This document shows positions 54,319 to 63,222 of a stretch of DNA of 64,000 nucleotides, in pieces. A program made the translations under genes and the position numbers. The notes beneath the pieces are model-generated. The model was not told the origin of the DNA and did not search any database. It saw nothing but the letters and a program-made list of their open reading frames with translations. Position 1 is the stretch's first letter. Every line of letters starts with the position of its first letter. Origin of the DNA: Candidatus Saccharibacteria bacterium CPR2. Lineage in GTDB: Bacteria; Patescibacteriota; Saccharimonadia; Saccharimonadales; QWHN01. The stretch covers positions 77,582 through 141,581 of the forward strand of contig QWHN01000002.1 of the NCBI GenBank assembly GCA_021404905.1, read 5' to 3'.

Positions 54319-55791
54319 TTGGCTGGTTATTTAGCCCTGTACCGAAAACATCGCAGCCGATCACTGGATGATATCGTCGGGCAGGAACATATAACAAAAA
54401 CTATAAAAAATGCGCTCAAGCACGGCAAGATTAGTCATGCGTATCTTTTTACTGGCCCAAGAGGAGTTGGGAAAACCAGTGTTGCTAGAATCTTGGCTCA
54501 CGAAATTAATGAACTGCCTTATGATCCTCTAAAAACTCCCCCTGTAGACATTATTGAAATTGACGCGGCATCAAACCGTAGAATAGACGAGATCCGGGAT
54601 CTTCGCGAAAAAATTCATATCTCTCCAACAAGCTCGAAATATAAAGTCTATATAGTGGACGAAGTGCACATGTTAACAAAAGAGGCATTTAATGCCTTAC
54701 TAAAGACGCTCGAGGAACCGCCGAGTCACGTAATCTTTATCTTGGCAACAACCGAATCGCATAAGCTTCCCGAAACAATTATTTCCAGAACTCAACAATA
54801 CAGTTTTAAACCTATATCAGTTGCCCTAATCGCAGAGCACTTGTCAAATATCGCGAAAATTGAAGGGATAAATATTGATCAAAACGCGCTCGAACTAATA
54901 GCCAAACATGGCAATGGCAGCTTCAGGGACAGCATTAGCATGCTTGATCAAATTAGATCTATTGCCAGCAATACAAAAAAAATATCCCCTGGTGACGTCC
55001 AAAGAGCTTTGGGATTGGCGCCGGCGCAGTTAATTGAAAGCTTGATTGATGCTGTGTTTACTGGGCAAAGTTCAGATGTACTACATTTACTCCACAGCTT
55101 GATTGACCGGGGAGTGGCTTCACAGCAAATCGCTATGCAATGCATGAGTTATTTACAAACCTCGATTCAAAATGGTGATCAAAATATTGATGTTTCTTCC
55201 GGACTCAATTTGCTTGATAATTTAATGGGTGTGTCGGTGTCTAACTTTCCGGACTTAAAGCTTCAGACGGTACTGTTAAGAGAAAACTTAAATGCCAATC
55301 AAACTAGTGATGTAACTGTCGAGGAAATAACACCGAAAATCAGTAATGTAAAGCAAGCTAAAAAAGCTGTAAATAATAGCTCGAATGCAGACAGCAAGCA
55401 AGTGAAAAAGGTAGCAAAACAAGATTTATCTTCTAACCTTGACCCAGATATTTGGAACGATGTGCTCAGCGATATTAAAAAACACAATAATCCGCTTTAT
55501 GCGATTTTGCGTCTCGCAAAAGTTGAAAGTAAAAATGGAAGCATCATGCTTGGTTTTAAGTTTCCGTTTCACCAACAAAGAGTAAATGAACAAAAAAATA
55601 TGAATCTGATTCGTAAATCCCTTCAAACTCATATTGCGAGCGAGATACAAATAGAAACTTCGGTTGACGAAAACCATGATATTAAGTTGCCCGAGCGTAT
55701 TCCTGATATCATTAATGCAGACTCTAATGATCCTAAGATTAGTGCTATCATCGACATTATGGGTGGAGGCGAGGTTGTGACAAATGTGTAA
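54319..55791 (+). CDS. dnaX: DNA polymerase III subunit gamma/tau
   Basis: TTG start. LALYRKHRSRSLDDIVGQEHI, GPRGVGKTS, VYIVDEVHMLT and ETIISRTQ. Confidence 0.93.
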   Translation: MAGYLALYRKHRSRSLDDIVGQEHITKTIKNALKHGKISHAYLFTGPRGVGKTSVARILAHEINELPYDPLKTPPVDIIEIDAASNRRIDEIRDLREKIHISPTSSKYKVYIVDEVHMLTKEAFNALLKTLEEPPSHVIFILATTESHKLPETIISRTQQYSFKPISVALIAEHLSNIAKIEGINIDQNALELIAKHGNGSFRDSISMLDQIRSIASNTKKISPGDVQRALGLAPAQLIESLIDAVFTGQSSDVLHLLHSLIDRGVASQQIAMQCMSYLQTSIQNGDQNIDVSSGLNLLDNLMGVSVSNFPDLKLQTVLLRENLNANQTSDVTVEEITPKISNVKQAKKAVNNSSNADSKQVKKVAKQDLSSNLDPDIWNDVLSDIKKHNNPLYAILRLAKVESKNGSIMLGFKFPFHQQRVNEQKNMNLIRKSLQTHIASEIQIETSVDENHDIKLPERIPDIINADSNDPKISAIIDIMGGGEVVTNV

Positions 55792-55812
55792 AGGCAATAA
55801 TGGTGAGAAAAA

Positions 55813-57174
55813 ATGAATACTGATAACCAAACCGGTATTATTCCGCCCCATAACAGCGATGCTGAGGCCTCTTTGCTAGGCTCAATACTAATCGATGAGG
55901 ACGCGATCACTAAAATTGCAGACAAAATCTACCCGCCAGATTTTTATGAGAAAAAGCACCAGACAATATACGAGGCTATGTTGAGTTTGTACGAAAAAAG
56001 AAAACCCATCGACCTTTTGACTTTGTCGGACAAACTTCGCTCAGATTCTAGCCTTGACGAAGTTGGAGGCGCCACTTATTTAACTGAACTCACAAATATG
56101 GTTCCCTCGGCAGCCCACGTAGAGCACTACGCCGATATCGTCCGTACAAAATCAATTAGAAGACGCTTAATAAAAGTGTCTGAGGAAATGGCGAAACTGG
56201 GCTATACAGACAACAAGCCGCTTCCAGAATTGCTCGAGGAGGCAGAAAGCAGCTTGTTTGGAGTGTCTCAAACATATGTTAAGCAAGATCTAGTATCATT
56301 AGAACGCATCTTGTCTGAAAGCTTTGATAGATTAGACGAGCTACATAAAGATCGCTCAAAAATCCGAGGTTTGCCGACGGGATATCGAGATGTCGATAAT
56401 CTCCTTGCCGGCCTTCAACCATCTGATTTGATAATATTAGCTGCGCGTCCTTCAATGGGAAAGTCGACTCTCGCCATGAATATAGCCCATCACGTAGCAA
56501 CTAAAGAGAAGCAATCCGTATTGGTTTTTAGTTTGGAAATGAGCAAAGAGCAACTTGTTGACCGTTTGCTGGCAGCCGAAGCTGGCATCGATGCCTGGAA
56601 TATCCGTACCGGAAATTTGTCTGATGAAGACTTTGAAAGGCTCGGCCATGCTATGGGAACATTATCGGAAGCGCCAATTTACATTGACGACACACCAGCG
56701 ATTAGCGTTATGGAAATGCGCACCAAAGCCAGAAGGGAACAGCACACCCATCCTTTAGGATTAATAATTGTCGATTATTTACAGCTCATGTCCAGCAACA
56801 TAAGATCTTTCTCTGATAATCGCGTGCAGGAAGTATCAGAGATATCACGCGGTCTAAAGGGTATTGCCAGAGAGTTGAATGTGCCCGTAATCGCACTTTC
56901 GCAGCTTTCAAGAAGCGTAGAAAGCCGTACTCCGCCAGTACCTCAGTTGTCTGACTTAAGAGAATCCGGCTCTATAGAGCAAGACGCGGATGTTGTTGCC
57001 TTCATCTACCGTGAAGAATGGTACAATCCGGAAACGGACAGGCAACACATAGCAGATATTCTGATTAAAAAACACCGAAATGGGCCTACCGGATCAGTAG
57101 AGTTATTCTTCCACCCGGAAACCTTGCAGTTCAGGACAATTGATAAACGGCACGAAGCACCTATTGAGGTATAG
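55813..57174 (+). CDS. dnaB: replicative DNA helicase
   Basis: PPHNSDAEASLLGSILID, ARPSMGKSTLAMNIA, SLEMS, LSQLSR and IIVDYLQLM. Confidence 0.96.
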   Translation: MNTDNQTGIIPPHNSDAEASLLGSILIDEDAITKIADKIYPPDFYEKKHQTIYEAMLSLYEKRKPIDLLTLSDKLRSDSSLDEVGGATYLTELTNMVPSAAHVEHYADIVRTKSIRRRLIKVSEEMAKLGYTDNKPLPELLEEAESSLFGVSQTYVKQDLVSLERILSESFDRLDELHKDRSKIRGLPTGYRDVDNLLAGLQPSDLIILAARPSMGKSTLAMNIAHHVATKEKQSVLVFSLEMSKEQLVDRLLAAEAGIDAWNIRTGNLSDEDFERLGHAMGTLSEAPIYIDDTPAISVMEMRTKARREQHTHPLGLIIVDYLQLMSSNIRSFSDNRVQEVSEISRGLKGIARELNVPVIALSQLSRSVESRTPPVPQLSDLRESGSIEQDADVVAFIYREEWYNPETDRQHIADILIKKHRNGPTGSVELFFHPETLQFRTIDKRHEAPIEV

Positions 57175-57181
57175 TCTGAAT

Positions 57182-58660
57182 ATGCAAAGATCCGCGCAAA
57201 TACAACATTTATTCGTTTATCGATATAGATACGTTATTGGCTATAGTGTTTTAATCGCGCTAGGTCTATACATGACGCTATATAAATTAGGCGGTTTGCT
57301 GCCTGGTATACATAATGATGAAGCAATTTCTGCTCTCAACAATGCGTCGCTAAGTAAAATTATTGAAAACCCAATAAATTTTCCTTACAAATTAGTCCAG
57401 TGGTCTTTAATTTCAGTTTTTGGGCCAAAAATATTGATACTGCGAATTCCTTCAGTAATCTTCGGCTTGCTTGCGGTTTTCCTGCTTTATCATTTGCTTA
57501 GAACTTGGTATTGGCCCAGAGTAGCTATACTAGGCAGTTTGCTATTTGTCACCTCAAGTTGGTTCCTCCATTTCGCCAGGTTCGCCAACCCTGCAATTTT
57601 AGTGGCGCCAACAGTGCTGGGGTTTTTCTTAACCCTGTCGCGGTTTCGCTTAACGAAAAAATTTTACTGGATTTTTCTGGCAGCTATATTTTTTGTCATT
57701 GGAATGTATACCCCATATTTTTTGTACTTCGCAGCTGCTTCAATTCTGGTAAACTTATGGGCTATAAAAACAACGCTCCGCCAATCCAAAGCCTGGATTA
57801 TGCCTGTTCTAATAATTATCGTCATATTGGCACTGGCTCCATTAGGTTATGCTATATATATTAAGCCCCCAGTTGCAAAAGAACTTCTTGGGATTCCCGA
57901 TAATTTCATAGGTATTAAAGCCTTGTTGGTAAATTATTGGGGCACTATCGCACATATTTTTTGGACTTCTCGGGAGAATTGGGGATATCACTTGGGGACA
58001 TTGCCAATGTTCGACATATTTACAGCCAGCATGGTTGGCTTGGGACTGTACCACTATGAAAGGCATTGGCCTTCAATAAGATCGAAAACATTATTTATTG
58101 CTTTGCCGGTCATAACGCTTGCTGTAAGTTTAAAAGCTCTGCCAACATCGTTTGTAATTCTAATTCCACTTTTTTATATCCTTGCTACTAGTGGTGCCAG
58201 TACATTACTCGGCCAATGGTACGGAATATTTCCTAAAAACCCAATAGCAAGAACAGTGGGGATCATACCTTTCGCGCTTTTGTTGGCAACAGTTTTTTAT
58301 TATCACCATCAAAGATATTTTGTCGCTTGGCCTCAAACGCCGGAAGTCAGGCAGGAGTTCCACGAGGATTATCCAAAGCTAATGGAAATCTTCGAGCAAA
58401 CAAACTCAAAAATTTTAGTCGTTGGTAGCGAATCGCAAATTCCAAGATATCAGCTTGCAGGTCTTGAGTTTAAAAATGTATCTGTCAGTAGCACAATCAA
58501 CCAAACCAGCTTAAAGAACTATGACATTGTGTATCTATCTTCATCAGCTCAGAAGGAAATTAACGCGAGCGAAATGCTAAACGACCATAATGTGGACTAT
58601 ATCCCAAGCAATGAGCCGACCAGCGACTCTATGCTATTCATTAGATACACCAAAAAATGA
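57182..58660 (+). CDS. polytopic GT-C-fold glycosyltransferase (ArnT/PMT family 39-like)
   Basis: ORF 57140..58660 trimmed to ATG 57182. More than 10 TM helices. First-loop GIHNDEA (DE motif). Soluble C-terminal domain. Confidence 0.6.
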   Translation: MQRSAQIQHLFVYRYRYVIGYSVLIALGLYMTLYKLGGLLPGIHNDEAISALNNASLSKIIENPINFPYKLVQWSLISVFGPKILILRIPSVIFGLLAVFLLYHLLRTWYWPRVAILGSLLFVTSSWFLHFARFANPAILVAPTVLGFFLTLSRFRLTKKFYWIFLAAIFFVIGMYTPYFLYFAAASILVNLWAIKTTLRQSKAWIMPVLIIIVILALAPLGYAIYIKPPVAKELLGIPDNFIGIKALLVNYWGTIAHIFWTSRENWGYHLGTLPMFDIFTASMVGLGLYHYERHWPSIRSKTLFIALPVITLAVSLKALPTSFVILIPLFYILATSGASTLLGQWYGIFPKNPIARTVGIIPFALLLATVFYYHHQRYFVAWPQTPEVRQEFHEDYPKLMEIFEQTNSKILVVGSESQIPRYQLAGLEFKNVSVSSTINQTSLKNYDIVYLSSSAQKEINASEMLNDHNVDYIPSNEPTSDSMLFIRYTKK

Positions 58661-58720
58661 GATAATCCGAACCTAGAATTAACTGGGACTGAAGCGGATT
58701 ATGAAATGATTTCTAAAAAT

Positions 58721-58729
58721 TGGTATAAT
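58721..58729 (+). promoter_or_regulatory. extended -10 promoter TGgTATAAT for ybaB-recR
   Basis: TG at 58721-58722 and TATAAT at 58724-58729, 27 nt before the ATG, which has a GAGGAG SD. Confidence 0.5.
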
Positions 58730-58756
58730 GTCATTTGGTAACTTGAGGAGAAGCAG

Positions 58757-59044
58757 ATGCTAGACCAAGCAAAAATGATAATGAAAATGAAAAAACTCCA
58801 AAAGCAACTTGCCAAGGAGATTATTGAAGTTGAAGCAGGCGATGGAGCGGTTGTTGTGAAAATTACGGGCGAGCAAAAAATTAAAAGTATTGAAATCGAT
58901 CCTGATAGTGTTGATCTTGATGATATTGGCCAACTCGAAAAATGGCTGGAAATCGCCGTTAAGGACGCAATTGCGCAAAGTCAAAAAGTAGCCGCCGAAA
59001 AAATGCGCCCAGTCATGGGTGGACTTGGAAACTTAGGTTTTTGA
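58757..59044 (+). CDS. ybaB: YbaB/EbfC family nucleoid-associated protein
   Basis: 95 aa. MKKLQKQLAKEIIEVEAGDGAVVVKITGEQKIKSIEIDP. Sits in the conserved position before recR. Confidence 0.9.
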   Translation: MLDQAKMIMKMKKLQKQLAKEIIEVEAGDGAVVVKITGEQKIKSIEIDPDSVDLDDIGQLEKWLEIAVKDAIAQSQKVAAEKMRPVMGGLGNLGF

Positions 59045-59059
59045 TTTTTGTATTAGCGT

Positions 59060-59665
59060 ATGCAGGTTCTGCCTTCAGCACTCGAAAATTTAATAGAAGA
59101 ACTTGGCAAACTGCCAGGAGTAGGGCCGAGAACTGCCGAAAGATATGCGTTTTTTTTACTAAAGCGAGGACCAGACCAGGTAAGCTCTTTATCTGCAGCC
59201 TTAAAAGATATTCATAGTAAAATTGCCTATTGCCCAAAGACTTTCGCATTGATAGAAAAAGGCGAAATTATATCAAATCTTTACAAGGCGCCAGGGCGTG
59301 ACAAAAAGTTGGTCGCCGTGGTTGAAGATCCACTGGACATTGCCGCGATTGAAAAGACAGGGTATTACAAAGGAACATACCACGTACTTGGCGGTGTTCT
59401 CTCGCCAATAGACAATATTGGGCCGGATGAGCTACACATCAAAGAGTTGATTGGGCGCATCAAAGAGGACAAAGTTAAAGAAGTAATCATAGCGACTAAC
59501 CCGACGATTGAAGGTGAATCAACCGCTCTTTACATTCAAAAATTACTAGCTGGAAAGTCCGTAAAAATAACTCGTCTTGCCAGAGGTCTACCGGCAGGAG
59601 CAGACATTGAATACGCTGACCAAATTACACTTTCTAGAGCTCTGCAGGAACGACAACTTTTCTAA
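59060..59665 (+). CDS. recR: recombination protein RecR (zinc-finger cysteines absent)
   Basis: LIEELGKLPGVGPRTAERYAFFLL (HhH motif). Toprim region VVEDPLDIAAIEKTGYYKGTYHVLGG...IIATNPTIEGE. Only 1 of the 4 canonical Cys is retained. Confidence 0.93.
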   Translation: MQVLPSALENLIEELGKLPGVGPRTAERYAFFLLKRGPDQVSSLSAALKDIHSKIAYCPKTFALIEKGEIISNLYKAPGRDKKLVAVVEDPLDIAAIEKTGYYKGTYHVLGGVLSPIDNIGPDELHIKELIGRIKEDKVKEVIIATNPTIEGESTALYIQKLLAGKSVKITRLARGLPAGADIEYADQITLSRALQERQLF

Positions 59666-59685
59666 AAAAAGATATACTGGTTTTA

Positions 59686-60675
59686 ATGAACAAAGAAAAA
59701 CTAGGAATATTTAAAGAAACAATTGCAAACGCACACTCTATTTTAATTATCCAGGCAGATAACCCGGATGGCGACAGCCTTGCTTCAGCTCTTGCTTTAG
59801 AGTCACTCTTTCATGGCCAAAATAAAGAAACCAAACTTTTTTGTAGAGTTCAAATCCCCAAGCATCTTAGGTACTTATCAGGCTGGGACAGAGTAGAAAA
59901 CGAGATACCAAACAATGTAGATACGGCAATTATAGTAGATGCATCTCAATGGTCACTTTTAGAGGCTTTTAATAATCCTCTCAATCTATCCAAAATAAAA
60001 AATAAGCCCGTGTTTGTCCTCGACCATCATGATTATGAGAGTGACTTGCCGTTTAAAACTATAAGCGTAATTGACAGCAAAGCTGTTGCAACAGGAGAAA
60101 TTATATATGAGCTTGCCCAAAAGCTCGATTGGGATTTAGGTGACATTGGCAGAGAGATGATAGCAATTTCTATACTTTATGACTCTTTGGGCCTTAGTAC
60201 CGAATCTACCACGCCCCGCAGCATTAGAATAATTGCCGACTTGGTAGAAAAAGGAGTAAGCCTTGCAAAAATCGATGCTGATCGAAGGGAAACGATGAAA
60301 CGCTCGGCAGAAATAATGAGGTACAAAGCTGCCCTTATGAACAGAATTGAGTTTTATAACGATGGCAAATTGGCACTTATTGAAATCCCTTGGGAGGAAA
60401 TCGAAAAATTTGGTGATCAATACAATCCGCCGATGCTGGTACTGGATGAAATGAGGTTGGTAATTGGAGTAGAAATAGCAGTTGCTCTGAAGTATTACAA
60501 CAATAATAAGGTTACTGGCAAAATAAGATCCAGTTTTGGCAGCCCAATATCCGCAAAACTCGCTGAAAATTTTGGCGGTGGAGGCCATAGTTATGCGGCC
60601 GGTTTTAAAATCATTGACAGATCAAATAAAAATATTAAGCAGGAAGTGATAGACTATACAAAACAATTACTTTAG
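59686..60675 (+). CDS. nrnA: DHH/DHHA1 phosphoesterase (NrnA-like)
   Basis: DNPDGDSLAS, VLDHHD and GGGHSYAAGF motifs. Confidence 0.8.
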   Translation: MNKEKLGIFKETIANAHSILIIQADNPDGDSLASALALESLFHGQNKETKLFCRVQIPKHLRYLSGWDRVENEIPNNVDTAIIVDASQWSLLEAFNNPLNLSKIKNKPVFVLDHHDYESDLPFKTISVIDSKAVATGEIIYELAQKLDWDLGDIGREMIAISILYDSLGLSTESTTPRSIRIIADLVEKGVSLAKIDADRRETMKRSAEIMRYKAALMNRIEFYNDGKLALIEIPWEEIEKFGDQYNPPMLVLDEMRLVIGVEIAVALKYYNNNKVTGKIRSSFGSPISAKLAENFGGGGHSYAAGFKIIDRSNKNIKQEVIDYTKQLL

Positions 60676-60679
60676 ATCA

Positions 60680-62098
60680 ATGATAAAACCCCGAATATTC
60701 AACACCCTTTCAAAAAAAATTGAAGAGATCGTTCCATCAAGCAGCGACCATATAAGAATATATACTTGCGGGCCAACTGTTTATGACAGCGCTCATATTG
60801 GCAATCTTTCTTCATATATATACGCCGACACTCTTCGGCGTGCGTTAAATGCTTGGGGTTTTAATGTTGACCACGTTATGAATTTTACGGATGTTGATGA
60901 TAAGACAATCAACAAATCACAGTCGCTTTACCCAGATTTGACACCAATGGAAGCCCTCAAGAAAACAACCAGAAAATACGAGGAGTTATTCAGGCAAGAT
61001 TTTTCTTCTGTAGGCTGCGATTTATCTTCCATAAAATTTTACCGAGCTACTGAAAGCATTGAATTTATGCAAGATTTAATATCCCGGCTTTGCAAAGAGA
61101 AAATTGCTTATATTGCCAGTGACGGGGTTTATTTTTCAATAGAAAATTATAAGGCAAAAGGTAGAAAATATGGCCAGCTTACTAATATAACCGCCCAGAG
61201 TACGGGCAGGCAAAGAGTAAATAACGATGAATACGATAAAGACAATATACATGATTTTGCGCTCTGGAAAACTAAAAAAGAAGGTGAGCCATATTGGGAG
61301 TTTGAACTTGAGAGCAATAAATTAGACGGAAGACCTGGCTGGCACATTGAATGTTCGGCAATGTCCGAGCATGCGCTTGGGGTGCCATTTGATATTCACA
61401 CAGGTGGAGTAGACCTCATTTTTCCCCATCACGAAAACGAAATAGCTCAAAGCACAGCAGCGGGAGAGAACACTATTTTCGCAAAGTATTTCATGCACAA
61501 TGAACACATGCTCGTTGACGGTAAAAAAATGAGCAAAAGCCTAAAAAACTTTTTTACATTGAGCGACATAAAAAACAAAGATTTTGACCCGCTAGCCTTC
61601 CGATTGCTGGTTTTGCATTCACATTATCGATCGCAAACCAACTTTACTTGGAGCAGCCTCGAAGCATCACAGAATCGACTAAAAACATACCGCGCTTTTG
61701 CGGCTTTAAAGTGGCAAACCGTCAAAAAACAATCAAAAGGAAAAATTGATTTTGATAAATATTACTATGAGATTAAAAATTCACTAGCTGAGGATCTAAA
61801 TACTGCAATGGCGCTAACGCAATTTGATGCATGTGTTGATCAAACAATAGATAGTCTACTAGACACAAGTGAAAAACAAATATTCGATAATTTTCTGAAG
61901 CAAATTGACGATATTTTCGGCCTGAACCTTTCTGGAGTAAAAAATATTAGTTTAGAACAAAAACAATTGATTCAAAAAAGAGAAGAACTTAGAGCATCCA
62001 AAAAATTTGATGACGCTGACGTAATTCGTAAAGATTTGTTGAATACGGGTATAGAAATAAGAGACACTCAATACGGTGCTATTTGGAACCCAGTTTAG
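60680..62098 (+). CDS. cysS: cysteine--tRNA ligase
   Basis: CGPTVYDSAHIGN (HIGH-type motif), WHIECSAM and KMSKSL. Confidence 0.95.
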   Translation: MIKPRIFNTLSKKIEEIVPSSSDHIRIYTCGPTVYDSAHIGNLSSYIYADTLRRALNAWGFNVDHVMNFTDVDDKTINKSQSLYPDLTPMEALKKTTRKYEELFRQDFSSVGCDLSSIKFYRATESIEFMQDLISRLCKEKIAYIASDGVYFSIENYKAKGRKYGQLTNITAQSTGRQRVNNDEYDKDNIHDFALWKTKKEGEPYWEFELESNKLDGRPGWHIECSAMSEHALGVPFDIHTGGVDLIFPHHENEIAQSTAAGENTIFAKYFMHNEHMLVDGKKMSKSLKNFFTLSDIKNKDFDPLAFRLLVLHSHYRSQTNFTWSSLEASQNRLKTYRAFAALKWQTVKKQSKGKIDFDKYYYEIKNSLAEDLNTAMALTQFDACVDQTIDSLLDTSEKQIFDNFLKQIDDIFGLNLSGVKNISLEQKQLIQKREELRASKKFDDADVIRKDLLNTGIEIRDTQYGAIWNPV

Positions 62099-63147
62099 GT
62101 ACTCGGGCTTGCGAGCCTTTTTCTATCTATATAATCCAGCACCAAAATTCTCAAAGAAGCAGCAATTGGAATAGCAACAATTGCGCCGATAAAACCAGCC
62201 AGCGATACTCCAATTATCGCCGCCACCAAAACAGTTAGGGGAGATACATCCACTGTTTTTGACTGGACAATTGGCTGAACTACATTATTTTCTATTTGCT
62301 GATAAATAATGAAAAATATCAACATGATTATCGCTGCAGTTAAGGATTTAAATAGAGACACCGTAACCACAACCACCGCAGCTAATGTTGCGCCTATGAG
62401 AGGAATAAGACCAAACAGGCCGACAATGGTAGCGAGTGGGATAGCAAACGGGATGCCGACAATCGACATTACAACCAAAGAAGTAGTCGCTGATAAAACT
62501 GCGATCAGAAGCTGACCGTTAACATAGCCTGTGACTGTGCGATACATTTTGTATGCAAGTTTTTTACGATGAGCACGGTTATTTTCCGGCATTAGAGTCC
62601 AAAACCGATCCAACCAATCCGGGCCCTCAACCAGCATGAAAAACGCCAGTACCAGAATAGTTAAAACTGTAACAAAACTTGAAGTTACCCGTTCAAAAAG
62701 AGCTATTAAGGGATTGCTCGCAAAACCTAATCTTTGAGTTAGTTCCGATTGCATTGCTTTGATATCATCCTGTAGTTCATATCTTTGTACTGTTCGCGAA
62801 ACCACATCGTTGCCCCTTGATAAATTCTCTACATAAGAAGGGGCTTTTTGGGAAAGGTTTCTTGATTGTTCTACAATAGTTGGTATCGTTACATAAAGCA
62901 TCGTTGCTAAAATTAGCAAAACTACTGTATAGGCAACACCTGTGGCTAACCCTCTGCTATCTTTGGGCATCTTTTTAGCCAGGTAACTAACGGGCGGATT
63001 AAGAGCCATGGCTAAGAAGATGGACATTGCGATAATCACTAGAGGTTGTTTAAGTGTATGGACTAACCAAACTCCAACTACAAACGAACCTATTATTACA
63101 ACGATTCGCACGATTGTTCTGTTGTCTATCTGCAGCTGTGTTGCCAT
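62095..63147 (-). CDS. AI-2E family transporter (PerM/UPF0118)
   Basis: Eight-TM profile with the conserved LIPLIGATLAAVVV and QQIENNVVQPIVQS blocks. Its stop overlaps the cysS stop (TTAG). Confidence 0.8.
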   Translation of the reverse strand: MATQLQIDNRTIVRIVVIIGSFVVGVWLVHTLKQPLVIIAMSIFLAMALNPPVSYLAKKMPKDSRGLATGVAYTVVLLILATMLYVTIPTIVEQSRNLSQKAPSYVENLSRGNDVVSRTVQRYELQDDIKAMQSELTQRLGFASNPLIALFERVTSSFVTVLTILVLAFFMLVEGPDWLDRFWTLMPENNRAHRKKLAYKMYRTVTGYVNGQLLIAVLSATTSLVVMSIVGIPFAIPLATIVGLFGLIPLIGATLAAVVVVTVSLFKSLTAAIIMLIFFIIYQQIENNVVQPIVQSKTVDVSPLTVLVAAIIGVSLAGFIGAIVAIPIAASLRILVLDYIDRKRLASPST

Positions 63148-63192
63148 CCTTGCCTCAAAAAAGTAAACATATAAATTTTGACCTTAGTTCAA

Positions 63193-63201
63193 ATTATAAC
63201 A
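63193..63201 (-). promoter_or_regulatory. extended -10 promoter TGtTATAAT (minus strand)
   Basis: The reverse complement of 63193-63201 is TGTTATAAT, 45 nt upstream of ATG 63147, which has a GAGG SD. Confidence 0.45.
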
Positions 63202-63222
63202 TTTCTACTAAATTGGCATATC

